Assembly: GCA_964408845.1 (NCBI GenBank)
Contig: CAYPBC010000002.1
Span: 1-32,457, forward strand
Direction: 5' to 3'
DNA: 32,457 nucleotides
DNA from: an uncultured Thermoanaerobaculia bacterium
Lineage (GTDB): Bacteria; Acidobacteriota; Thermoanaerobaculia; Thermoanaerobaculales; Sulfomarinibacteraceae
The notes beneath the pieces were generated by a model that saw only the letters and a program-made list of their open reading frames with translations, did no database searches and had not been told where the DNA came from. Both the position numbers and the translations under genes were made by a program. Below are positions 17,601 to 25,311 of the stretch, piece by piece. How positions within the stretch are numbered: the first letter of the stretch is position 1; each line of letters starts with the position of its first letter.

Positions 17601-18137
17601 GATACCGGGGAGGCGGCCGATCTCCGACGCATTCGATTTGCCGGCAGCCGGGAAAATCAGAGAGTTTCGCGCTGGCTTCAAGAACTGTTTCCGGGCGCGC
17701 AGCTCACCGGGAAACCCAAGCTGCAGCTGAGGCCCGGTCGCGACCCGACCATCATGGAGATCGAGGGCACGGTGACTCGTAGTGCACTTCAAAGCAGTGG
17801 CGGGATCCGGGTCTTTCCCGACAGCCTCAAGTGGGCGGCGAGCATGGTGCCGGGTGGCACGCGCCACGGACCGCTGATGGTGGCGGTTCGCCCCGATCTC
17901 GAGTGGACGCTCGAGGTTGATCTCGGCCGTCCACCCGGCAGTCTGCCTGAGGCGATCAACCTGGACACATCCTTCGGATCGCTACGCGTCGAAATCAACG
18001 CCCAGGCCCTGGGTTACCGGGTGGAAGGATTCCTCCACCTCGAGGCGGGGCTGATCGAAGCCCGCGAGGTTGTTGATTTGCGCGAGTTCCTGATCGCGGT
18101 TGAGCGTCATCTCGGACGCCGTTTGGAGTCGCCGTGA
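14601..18137 (+). CDS. Large secreted TPR / DUF3857-like / transglutaminase-like protein (catalytic triad present)
   Basis: Signal peptide MARQLLIVCLTAVVVSVAVSVGAGA. Beta-sandwich-like segment (…VARVWLNGSEIV…WWLRVRLTRPNGS). TPR-like helical repeats. Transglutaminase core RIGDCKDTAALLVALYDAIGVPARMV…FNHAIAY…WLDGT, with the Cys codon at 17244-17246. Confidence 0.8.
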   Translation: MARQLLIVCLTAVVVSVAVSVGAGAVEDRVNGHIEAAVDGGVRPADFHHLFMAFAWRGTLSDWSDAERNLDRLSGVRRVDPLMVDEIRLIRARLSLDRGLDAAARELFRTMGGLSSWWFEGPVPLDELQDFDRLAVPPPADIEWRAVPGTDPLGWVQLSGLAWPPRRQMAYLATTVISGAEQPVAVRVGTAQVARVWLNGSEIVTTPQPMLRGGDQVAGGAWLRQGQNLVVVAVASENDRWWLRVRLTRPNGSMLDDVREVQEPPVDRAAVERKPPVVRELGAEIRKAVESGTPGASMALAAYLVAHRPEPESGGGTRAACRAARTDAPGEARLLEWMATSDAGAARDLLLGAVAADPDLLWARLELAGWYGERGLFEEARGLLGEADGNEAVVRGATLDLDAGLWGAVVLPAIADLGGAYPRCVRVNLSVAEGATQARRWDLATEAVSRLEDLTPGSAAIIDLRQRLAENCGDGDALRDIFTIQLARDPNRPEVRIRLARLLAADEDLEGASDLISEGLQRSPGNVELIVELAGIEHSSGDDVRATTLAREALELRPQDRRAQRLLELLGERSETLDWLRTPADLWQMADTAEANGHAVALLDHRETRFLPSNLTEERVQLVFFVHAADRADDLLTHHLPFIAESERLRVLRARILRRDGSEIAARQGNTPRLSEPEFSLYYDTRLRVLSFTDLKDGDLIEIAYILTEIEESNETGPYNGGLIRLGRSIPIALMELELAGPEALLPTWELVHLEGEPILEEDSDGVRHLRWQWRDLPAVASDVPPAPQLMVMPYLVYSNHPDWGSLADWYARHVAPRVRVSEQVQETAQRLVDGLDDRLERINRIYRFVTNEIRYVGLEFGEHHFRPFSADWVLHHRIGDCKDTAALLVALYDAIGVPARMVMVRTNDLGPVSNETAVLEIFNHAIAYLPEDNLWLDGTAAGHAPYPPPTGDQDAVVLVIDGAESRPQTSPATGGGLARSKFILGLGEDGVVDLAIRTDDTGEAADLRRIRFAGSRENQRVSRWLQELFPGAQLTGKPKLQLRPGRDPTIMEIEGTVTRSALQSSGGIRVFPDSLKWAASMVPGGTRHGPLMVAVRPDLEWTLEVDLGRPPGSLPEAINLDTSFGSLRVEINAQALGYRVEGFLHLEAGLIEAREVVDLREFLIAVERHLGRRLESP

Positions 18138-21100
18138 GAGCGCCTGCGGTCCGCACCGCAGCCCTTGCGGCGATCCTCGCTGTGTCGCTGCCACTCTCAG
18201 CAGGGTGGTGGGATGTGTGGCGCGACGACATGCGTTTCAATCTCGGGGCGGCCCGGGAACAAGCCCTTGTGGCCGTTGCCGAGAACCCGTCGAGTGCCGA
18301 CGCGGTTGCCGCCGCCGTGTGGTGGTTGGCCAACATCGATAATCTAACGGCGCCGGAGGAGATCCTCTCGGTCTCCGAGAACGACCGCGACCCCGAGCTC
18401 GGCTTTGTCCTTACTCTCATCGAGACCAGGCTGAGACTCGAAGCTCCGGCGAGCGTGCTCAAGACGGCCGAGCTGGCGGGACCGTTTGGTGTATTCAGCT
18501 CGCTCGATCTGGAGCGTGATGTCGTGCCGTCCGACGATGATCTGCCGCCGCCCGGAACCCGGTGGCGGAATCAAGGCGCCCCCTTTCGGGTCGCCGTGCG
18601 AACCTCGGATGGGCGCCTGGCGCCTCCAATCTCGATGGCCGTCGATGGGGTCTACCTGTTTTCCTGGAACCTGAAAGTGGCCGAGGCCCTCACCGGTTGG
18701 TTGGTGGTGGAAGCCCAGGGCAGCTACAACCTCTCAGTCGACGGGCACGCGGTTGACCGACGACGAGATTGCGGGTTCGAAGACCCCGCGACCAACTGGT
18801 ACCGCATTCGCCTTGCCCGCGGTGTGCATCGGCTGCGGGTTGAATTGGCCTCGCCTGACACGACCAGCGTGAGGGTCAGTGTGCTCGACAATCGGGGTGG
18901 TTCACAGGCGGTCGTGGGAATCAGCGACCAGATCTCCGATGTCTGGGCAGGGGCAGAGGTGGAATGGACTTTGCCGCCGGCTGAGGCGGCATTGTCGAAG
19001 CGCCTCGAGGACACAGGGGGTTCGACGGCGGAACTGTTGTTAGCGGCGCAGCTTGCACGCGGGCGCGGTGATCCCATGACGGAGTACGGCTGGATCAAAC
19101 GTGCCCGGGCCGAAGATCCTGAAAGCCCTTGGGCCGCCCTGGCCCTCGCACGGTACGAGTTTTTGAAAGACGCGGGCCATCGCGGTGCCGAATCCTCCCG
19201 TCTCACGGCGCAGCTCCTACGGGAGGCGACCGCGATTCCCGGATCACAGCTCTTCGAACGGGCGGTCGCCATACGTGAGGGCCGTACCGAGGACGCCGAG
19301 CGCCTTCTCGATGTGTTGATGAAGAGCCATGGAGACGATGTGCGCATCCTGCGAATCTGGGTTCGTGAGGCGGTGCGCCGAGGGTGGGCCAGCGAAGCCG
19401 AGGGAGGACTGGCCCGGCTCGAAACGGCGCTCCCGGACTCGCTCAGCGTGACGGGGCTCCGCCTCGAGGTCCTGTCGGCTCTCGAGCGCTGGCGCGAACG
19501 TGAGATGCTGCTCCGCGCACTCGCGTCTGCAACACCGGTCGAGACCCGTTGGATCGGTCAACTGGGTACGAGCTGCCTCGCGGATGAGGCGGTTGCGGCC
19601 GCTCGAACATTGCAGGGAGAGATTGAAGATCCCGACTTCGACGTTCAACTGGTGCAGCTCTATCTCGAGAGCGGCGATCTCGACGCCGCTCGTGTGGAGC
19701 TCGAACGTGCACGGGTGCGGTGGGGAGATCTTCCGATCTTTGATGAGCTGATGCTGGTGTCGGCCGGTGGCGACCCCGAGGCGTTGCAGCGGGCGGTTGC
19801 CGGCGCGCTCGAGCGCGATCCCTCGAATCTACAGCTCCTGACCCTGGCCTGGCGTCTCGGGCGGGTCCCGTTCTACGCTCCCTTTCAGGTCGAGGCGAGG
19901 GCTTTTGCCGCGGAGCACCGCGATCTCGGAACGGATGTCGATGCGGTGCTCCTCCTCGACCAGGCGGTGGAACGGATCTTCCCCGACGGCTCGAGCCTTT
20001 ATTATTATCACGGGTTGACCCGGGCCAACACACCGGTCGGGGTGCGTCGCGCATCGGTGCTGCAACCACTGCCCGAGGCATATCTGCTCAAGGTGAGGGT
20101 CCTCAAACCGGATGGCCGGCAGGTCGTGCCGAGCGAGCTCAGACCGGGTGGGGGGGCGATCACCCTGAGCGACGTGGAACCCGGTGATCTTGTAGAGGAG
20201 GAGTACGTGGCCCGGGTTGCTGCCACAGGCGCGACCCGCGATGGTCATTTGCCCCCCTACATCTACCGATTTGCCGATCCCAACCGGGCGTTCGGCCTTT
20301 CCGAGTACGTGCTGTTGGTGCCGCCCGAGATCGACCTCCAGGTGGACGGTAACTTCGACGGCCTCGAGCAGAGCGAGCAGGAGTGGGAGGGCCTCCGCAT
20401 GCTTAATTGGCGTGCGGAGCGTGTGCCGCCGATGCCGACTGAGCCGTTCGCGCCCCCCGCTCAGGATCTGATGCCATGGTTGAACTACGGGTTTGGGGTT
20501 ACCTGGCAGGACGTGGGGGACGCGGTTCGCGACAGGGTGTTGCCGGTGCTGCGAACCTCACCAGAGCTGCGTGAATGGAGCCGGCCGTTGCTCGAGGGCG
20601 AGACGGCGGCCGACGAGCTGCGGGCCCTCGTGACGGCGCTCATCGACACGGTTGAGTCGGGTGGCGGCGAGCTCGCTGTGGGCGCAGCCGCAGGAGATAG
20701 CTTTCGCCGCAGGCGCGGGAACCGCCTCGGGATTATCGCTGCGGTCCTGGCCGACGCGGGCTGGGAGGTCGATCTGGTGCTCACACGCGCGTGGACCGAA
20801 CGTGGTCAACGCCTTCGGGTGCCGACTCTGGATGCGTTTCCGGCTGCTCTGCTGCGGCTCGAAAGTGGTGGCGACGAGCTTTGGGTCGATATCCGGGAGG
20901 AGAGCCGCGGCGTCAATCACATCAACCCGATCTTTCAGGGCAGCGACGGTCTAGTGCTGCCACTGACCCGCCCGCGTACGCCGGTGACACTGATCGAAGA
21001 GTTGCCCACGTTCCCCAATCCTGATCTCGAGGAGACGGTTACGGTCCGTGCGGAGATCTCCGCAGAGGGTGATGCTCGCATCGAGTTTAGAATGCCCCTG

Positions 21101-21658
21101 CGCGGCGCCCAGGCCGATCGGCTTCTCGAACGCGTGGAGAGCGTACCAGTGGATCAGGTGGGGATGATTTATCGGCAGCTGGCTGTGAACCTCTTCGCGG
21201 GCGCCAGTGCCGTCGAGGGGAACATCGACCGCAGTCCTGACGGCGCCGTGATCCGCCTCGAGATGCTGGTTGGCAATGCGTGTGATGCCGAGGGAGGTGA
21301 GCTGGTGTGCCGAAGCCTGGTGCTTGCACACCCGATAGTGCCCGTACTGGCGTCACTGCCCGAGCGTACCTACCCGCTGGTTCTGAGGGTGCCGATCAAA
21401 CGCCGACTCGAGCTTGATCTCGTCCCTGCGCCGGGCTGGGAGCTGGAGTATCATGCGCCCCGGCGCCTCGAGGCACAGTGGGGATCGGTAGATGAAGACC
21501 TCGAAAACGAGGGCGGGTCGTTCCAATCGATACTCCACGTCGTGCTTCCGGCACAAACAGTGACGACCGAAGACTACCCCGCATTCGCACGCTTCTGCCA
21601 GGCGGTCGATGAGCTCTCCACTCGGCCGCCGCGGCTGCGCCGCGCAAGTAATCAGTAA
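18134..21658 (+). CDS. Large secreted paralogue of the preceding protein with a degenerate transglutaminase-like core
   Basis: GTGA start/stop overlap with the upstream gene. Signal peptide MRAPAVRTAALAAILAVSLPLSAG. Same domain order as its neighbour. At the position of GDCKD it reads GNRLG (Arg codon 20723-20725), and the NHAIAY His position reads FPAALL. Confidence 0.8.
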   Translation: MRAPAVRTAALAAILAVSLPLSAGWWDVWRDDMRFNLGAAREQALVAVAENPSSADAVAAAVWWLANIDNLTAPEEILSVSENDRDPELGFVLTLIETRLRLEAPASVLKTAELAGPFGVFSSLDLERDVVPSDDDLPPPGTRWRNQGAPFRVAVRTSDGRLAPPISMAVDGVYLFSWNLKVAEALTGWLVVEAQGSYNLSVDGHAVDRRRDCGFEDPATNWYRIRLARGVHRLRVELASPDTTSVRVSVLDNRGGSQAVVGISDQISDVWAGAEVEWTLPPAEAALSKRLEDTGGSTAELLLAAQLARGRGDPMTEYGWIKRARAEDPESPWAALALARYEFLKDAGHRGAESSRLTAQLLREATAIPGSQLFERAVAIREGRTEDAERLLDVLMKSHGDDVRILRIWVREAVRRGWASEAEGGLARLETALPDSLSVTGLRLEVLSALERWREREMLLRALASATPVETRWIGQLGTSCLADEAVAAARTLQGEIEDPDFDVQLVQLYLESGDLDAARVELERARVRWGDLPIFDELMLVSAGGDPEALQRAVAGALERDPSNLQLLTLAWRLGRVPFYAPFQVEARAFAAEHRDLGTDVDAVLLLDQAVERIFPDGSSLYYYHGLTRANTPVGVRRASVLQPLPEAYLLKVRVLKPDGRQVVPSELRPGGGAITLSDVEPGDLVEEEYVARVAATGATRDGHLPPYIYRFADPNRAFGLSEYVLLVPPEIDLQVDGNFDGLEQSEQEWEGLRMLNWRAERVPPMPTEPFAPPAQDLMPWLNYGFGVTWQDVGDAVRDRVLPVLRTSPELREWSRPLLEGETAADELRALVTALIDTVESGGGELAVGAAAGDSFRRRRGNRLGIIAAVLADAGWEVDLVLTRAWTERGQRLRVPTLDAFPAALLRLESGGDELWVDIREESRGVNHINPIFQGSDGLVLPLTRPRTPVTLIEELPTFPNPDLEETVTVRAEISAEGDARIEFRMPLRGAQADRLLERVESVPVDQVGMIYRQLAVNLFAGASAVEGNIDRSPDGAVIRLEMLVGNACDAEGGELVCRSLVLAHPIVPVLASLPERTYPLVLRVPIKRRLELDLVPAPGWELEYHAPRRLEAQWGSVDEDLENEGGSFQSILHVVLPAQTVTTEDYPAFARFCQAVDELSTRPPRLRRASNQ

Positions 21659-21720
21659 TCAGTGATCATTCCATCGCACGGGATTCGGCACCGATCACCC
21701 ATGACTGATCACTGATCACT
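21647..21720. repeat. Heptamer arrays AGTAATC AGTAATC AGTGATC … TGATCAC TGATCAC (inverted pair)
   Basis: The left arm (21647-21667) contains the TAA stop of the upstream gene. The right arm (21702-21720) is its imperfect complement. Four GATC sites fall within 21664-21717. Confidence 0.9.
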
Positions 21721-21767
21721 CGCCCGAGAGGTCGAAATCTCGGTCAACGGTTATACTCGGCGCCGTC

Positions 21768-22679
21768 ATGGAGATCGTCGACGGTACCGTGATCGCAGTG
21801 CATGGCCCGCTGGTTCGGGTGCAGGTGGGCGATGACACCCTCGTAGTGGCGTCGCGGCGGCGACTCAACTGGGAGGGCGGCACCCCGTCGGCGGCCCGTT
21901 TGGTGGTAGGAGACGGTGTGACCCTGGAGATGCGGGGCGAGGACGGGGTGATCGTCGCGGTGCACGCGCGGCGCAACTCGCTTCTTCGCAAGGCGCCCAT
22001 GAAGAACCGTGCCCAGATCCTGGCAGCCAATGTCGACCAGGCGTTGCTCATCTTTGCAGCCGTGGAGCCGGAACCTAAACCAGGCCTCCTTGATCGGTTC
22101 CTCGTCGCCTGTCATCTCGCGGGTATCGAGACGGTGATCACAATCAACAAAATCGATCAGGGGCTCGACAGAGTGGAACAATGGCTCCCTGCCTATGAGG
22201 AGATGGGTTATCGGGTCCTCCGAGTTTCGGCCCGTACGGGATGGGGTCTTGGTGTCTTCAAGCGGCTCCTGGTAGATCGAACGACGCTCTTCTGCGGGCC
22301 CTCGGGCGCGGGCAAGTCGTCCCTTTTAAATGCGGTGTACCCGGGATTCCGGCTCAAGATCGGTTCGTTGTCGGAGAGCACCGGCAAGGGCCGTCACACG
22401 ACCTCGATGGCGGAGCTGATGCCGCTTCCCTACGGTGGCTTCGTGGTCGACACGCCGGGGCTCAAGGAGTTTGGAGTGTGGGATGCGACGACCGAGGAGC
22501 TCGAGGGGGCGTTCCCGGAGATCGCAGGCAAGACGGGGAGTTGCCGGTTTTCAAACTGCACGCACCAGCACGAACCGGAGTGCGCGATCCGCGAGGCGGT
22601 GGAATCAGGCGAGATCGCGGAGAGCCGGCTAAAAAGCTTTGAGAAGATCCTCAAGGAAGCGCTCGAATCGAAAAATTAG
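21768..22679 (+). CDS. rsgA: Ribosome small-subunit-dependent GTPase A
   Basis: Circularly permuted GTPase order (NKID … GPSGAGKSSLLNAV … DTPG) and a C-terminal zinc knuckle CRFSNCTHQHEPEC. Confidence 0.92.
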   Translation: MEIVDGTVIAVHGPLVRVQVGDDTLVVASRRRLNWEGGTPSAARLVVGDGVTLEMRGEDGVIVAVHARRNSLLRKAPMKNRAQILAANVDQALLIFAAVEPEPKPGLLDRFLVACHLAGIETVITINKIDQGLDRVEQWLPAYEEMGYRVLRVSARTGWGLGVFKRLLVDRTTLFCGPSGAGKSSLLNAVYPGFRLKIGSLSESTGKGRHTTSMAELMPLPYGGFVVDTPGLKEFGVWDATTEELEGAFPEIAGKTGSCRFSNCTHQHEPECAIREAVESGEIAESRLKSFEKILKEALESKN

Positions 22680-22700
22680 GAATGAGGAATTAGGAATGCC
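22673..22700. repeat. Heptamer array AATTAGG AATGAGG AATTAGG AATGCCA
   Basis: Contains the rsgA TAG stop (22677-22679). It continues into CCCACCCACC, the same junction (AATTAGGAATGCCACCC) as at 31635-31652. Confidence 0.9.
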
Positions 22701-22721
22701 ACCCACCCACCTGTGAATCGA

Positions 22722-22810
22722 GGGCGCGATCACCGGAGGTGCCTGGCATCCCGATTCGCCGCGAATCGGCGTGCCTGGCATCCTCTCGCGGCAGCGTTCT
22801 GAGAAACGGG
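22722..22810. repeat. GCCAGGCAC element, copy b (inverted relative to copy a)
   Basis: CGGAGGTGCCTGGCATCCCGATTCGCCGCGAATCGGCGTGCCTGGCATCCTCTCG. Two direct GTGCCTGGCATCC boxes flank a CGATTCGC/GCGAATCG palindrome. Confidence 0.85.
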
Positions 22811-22870
22811 TCGCGTGGAATCCGGTAGTTCGTTGCCGGGGCGCAGGCAGCGACGTCACCGCTGCTGCTT

Positions 22871-25300
22871 TCATCCCAGCGCGCGGTGCGGGGCGGCGAG
22901 GAAGCAGGCGAGGTAGCCGGCGCGGCCGCGGAGAGTGGGGAGGGGAGCGGTGATGCCCGCGTTCTCCCGGCGCAGGCCCTCGTACACCCGGGCGAGCTCG
23001 AATCGGTTGCGAAACAGCCACATTTCCATAGGCTCTCCGGGATTGATCTCCGGCGTCTGGATCGGAACCTGAATGGCATGCAGGAGTACGTCGTCGGTGT
23101 CCCTGTACTCGCCGAAGAGCCACTTTCGGGCGCCGTTCTCGAGCAGATAGGTGATGACCAGGAGGTTGTTGGCAATGGTTCCATTTACCGCAGACGTAGC
23201 TTCGTGTGAGGATTTTTCGTCCTGGGTCAATCGTCGGAGGAGGCCGATTAGGGGGCGTTCGAAGACAATCTCCTCGGCATCCCCTGGGAGCTCAGGCCAC
23301 ACCACGGCTTCAGCCAGCTCCTGTGGTGGCAGGCCCTTGAGGCGCGCGACGCCGAGGTACCGGAATCCCACATACAGGGTGTCGGGCAGACCGGGGTCCA
23401 CCGGGAGGAACGCCCAGCGGACGTTGTCAATCGCCACCATCGAGAGCTTGGAAATATCGATCTCGAGCTCGAGTTCTTCAATGAACGGCAGGGCGACGAC
23501 AATGCCCTCGTTGACGAGTTCGCCGTGGTTGTCGAGCGTGGCCGCATAAGGTCGGGTAGAGATTTCTTCGTTACCGCTCCGAGCCGAAACCAGAGGTGAC
23601 AAGAAAAGGTCAACCTCGGTCGTGTCATAACCGGAGTGAATGAGAAACTCGGCGATGTCGGAGATTTCGCGGGTGCTCTTGCCGGTGGTGAGTCTGGCGA
23701 GCTCGACGATGCCGTGACCAAAGAACTCGAAGCGCTTGGCCTCGGGACCCGGATGGAGCATCGGTAGGAGACGAAAAACACCGTAGTTCACCGCGATCCG
23801 GATACCGTGGTTGAACGGGAAACCGACACCTCGTAGCTGTTCGTAAACATGTTGGATCTCACATGCGGCGGCAATCACTCGCAGGGCGCGGCGCGAGGTG
23901 TAGAAGGCGCCGTCGCCAAGGAATTTCTCGAAGGTGAGACGCCGGCGACGTCTGATCGCCTCGAGACGATTTTGGAAAATATACATGAACTGGAGCGCCC
24001 GTTCCTCGGCCATGCGGCCGGCCTTGCGGACCTCTTCGAGGACGGTCGTGAAGTTCGACAGATCATAGATCAGCCCGAAACGGCGGATCGAGGAGTCGAC
24101 CACTCCCGGAGCGGTGAAGTCATACGGGCGTGAGGTCTTGGCGATCGGAGTCGCGGAGGAAGGGCCGGCCAACACCAGGGTCGTGCCGTGTCGCTGCATG
24201 GGCAGGATCCGTCGCCTGAGGGCTGCGAGCAGCTCGAAGGTCTTGAGACGCAGACCAAGATCCCGAAGGAGGTCCATCTGGACCCTCGAGAGATGGATGG
24301 TGTCGGCGAGACCGGACGAGTGGATCGCATCAAGAAGACGAGGTTCAAGCAGGGCCTCCGGCCTATCGAGCTTGAGGCTCGATCCGACGGCGATACCGAG
24401 GAGACTACCCACCGCGGGTTGGCTGGAAACAAGGTCGCGGAGGCGTTCGAGCACCTCGCGGTTGGCGGTTTCCACCGCATCAGCCCTTTGTCGGAATTGC
24501 GCCTGAAGATAACCGCTGAGCTGTGATAGTTGATTCGGGGGACGGGACTCCACGAGCAGGAGCTGATCTCGGCAGATAATGCCCAAAAGGGGCGTGACGG
24601 TGGGAGTTACCTGGACCTCTGCAAGCTTACGGAGATGGTCGACGGCCGTGAGGGCTGCGCGCCGGAGGAGATCCGCGATAATGGTTGCGATGCTCTGGCG
24701 GTAGTCGTCGGTCCCCGGTGGTCGACGGCCGCCACGGGATATGGGTGGGGATTTCGGCACCTTCGACAGGGCGCGGCACACCTCTCCCGAGTGGAAGAGC
24801 AGGAAGAGATCGACCAGACCCCGGTGGTAATCGTTCATGAAGACATTCTCGAGGGTTGCAGAGATAGACTTGTGGTAGTGCTCCCGTTGCACCATCATCC
24901 GCTGTTTGTCATCCTCGTTGCCGGTCTGTGGTTGAGTTCGGTACTCCATTTCCGCCCTGATCAGACCGTCGAGGTTCCGTCGCAGCTTGAGAACCCCATC
25001 CGAGAGCAGGACCGGATATCCCCAGGTCACGACCCTCTCTTCGTCGCGACCGAAGATTGGAAAGGGAGCCGGGAGAAAGGTTGCGAGCGCAGGGAAGATG
25101 TCGCACCACCCTCCCTCAACCTCCTCCGGGGTGAGATAGACTGGGTGCTTCAGATCCTCCTGGAGGACCTGGCGAAAGGCCTCCATGGATTTTTCGTCGC
25201 GTCTCATCCCTCCATTGTAACGGGTGAGTCGCTCCAATCGGAACAGGAGATTTCGCCGCAACGACTGTTGGGTGATTGGACAACAAACCGGGAATGTCAT
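22871..25300 (-). CDS. Large hypothetical protein with a central, divergent class III nucleotidyl-cyclase-like (CHD) domain
   Basis: aa ~405-545 (nt ~23666-24088) align by eye to the CHD motif series: FGLIYDLSNFT (cf. FADIxGFT), EKFLGDGAFY (cf. KxIGDxxM), IRIAVNYGVF (cf. RIGIHxGxV) and FFGHGIVELARL (cf. xGDxVNxAARL). I do not recognise the ~400-aa N-terminal or ~260-aa C-terminal regions. The start is uncertain; internal Met codons lie at 25207 and 25186. Confidence 0.7.
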   Translation of the reverse strand: MTFPVCCPITQQSLRRNLLFRLERLTRYNGGMRRDEKSMEAFRQVLQEDLKHPVYLTPEEVEGGWCDIFPALATFLPAPFPIFGRDEERVVTWGYPVLLSDGVLKLRRNLDGLIRAEMEYRTQPQTGNEDDKQRMMVQREHYHKSISATLENVFMNDYHRGLVDLFLLFHSGEVCRALSKVPKSPPISRGGRRPPGTDDYRQSIATIIADLLRRAALTAVDHLRKLAEVQVTPTVTPLLGIICRDQLLLVESRPPNQLSQLSGYLQAQFRQRADAVETANREVLERLRDLVSSQPAVGSLLGIAVGSSLKLDRPEALLEPRLLDAIHSSGLADTIHLSRVQMDLLRDLGLRLKTFELLAALRRRILPMQRHGTTLVLAGPSSATPIAKTSRPYDFTAPGVVDSSIRRFGLIYDLSNFTTVLEEVRKAGRMAEERALQFMYIFQNRLEAIRRRRRLTFEKFLGDGAFYTSRRALRVIAAACEIQHVYEQLRGVGFPFNHGIRIAVNYGVFRLLPMLHPGPEAKRFEFFGHGIVELARLTTGKSTREISDIAEFLIHSGYDTTEVDLFLSPLVSARSGNEEISTRPYAATLDNHGELVNEGIVVALPFIEELELEIDISKLSMVAIDNVRWAFLPVDPGLPDTLYVGFRYLGVARLKGLPPQELAEAVVWPELPGDAEEIVFERPLIGLLRRLTQDEKSSHEATSAVNGTIANNLLVITYLLENGARKWLFGEYRDTDDVLLHAIQVPIQTPEINPGEPMEMWLFRNRFELARVYEGLRRENAGITAPLPTLRGRAGYLACFLAAPHRALG

Positions 25301-25311
25301 AATGGACGCAT

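Noticed and set aside
22739-22790. Sigma54-promoter look-alikes CTGGCATCCCGATTCGC and CTGGCATCCTCTCGC inside the GCCAGGCAC element (also as the reverse complement at 3810-3870).
   Set aside because: The GG-to-GC spacing is N11 and N9 rather than the strict N10. In addition, both orientations point into the 3' ends of convergent genes rather than toward a gene start.
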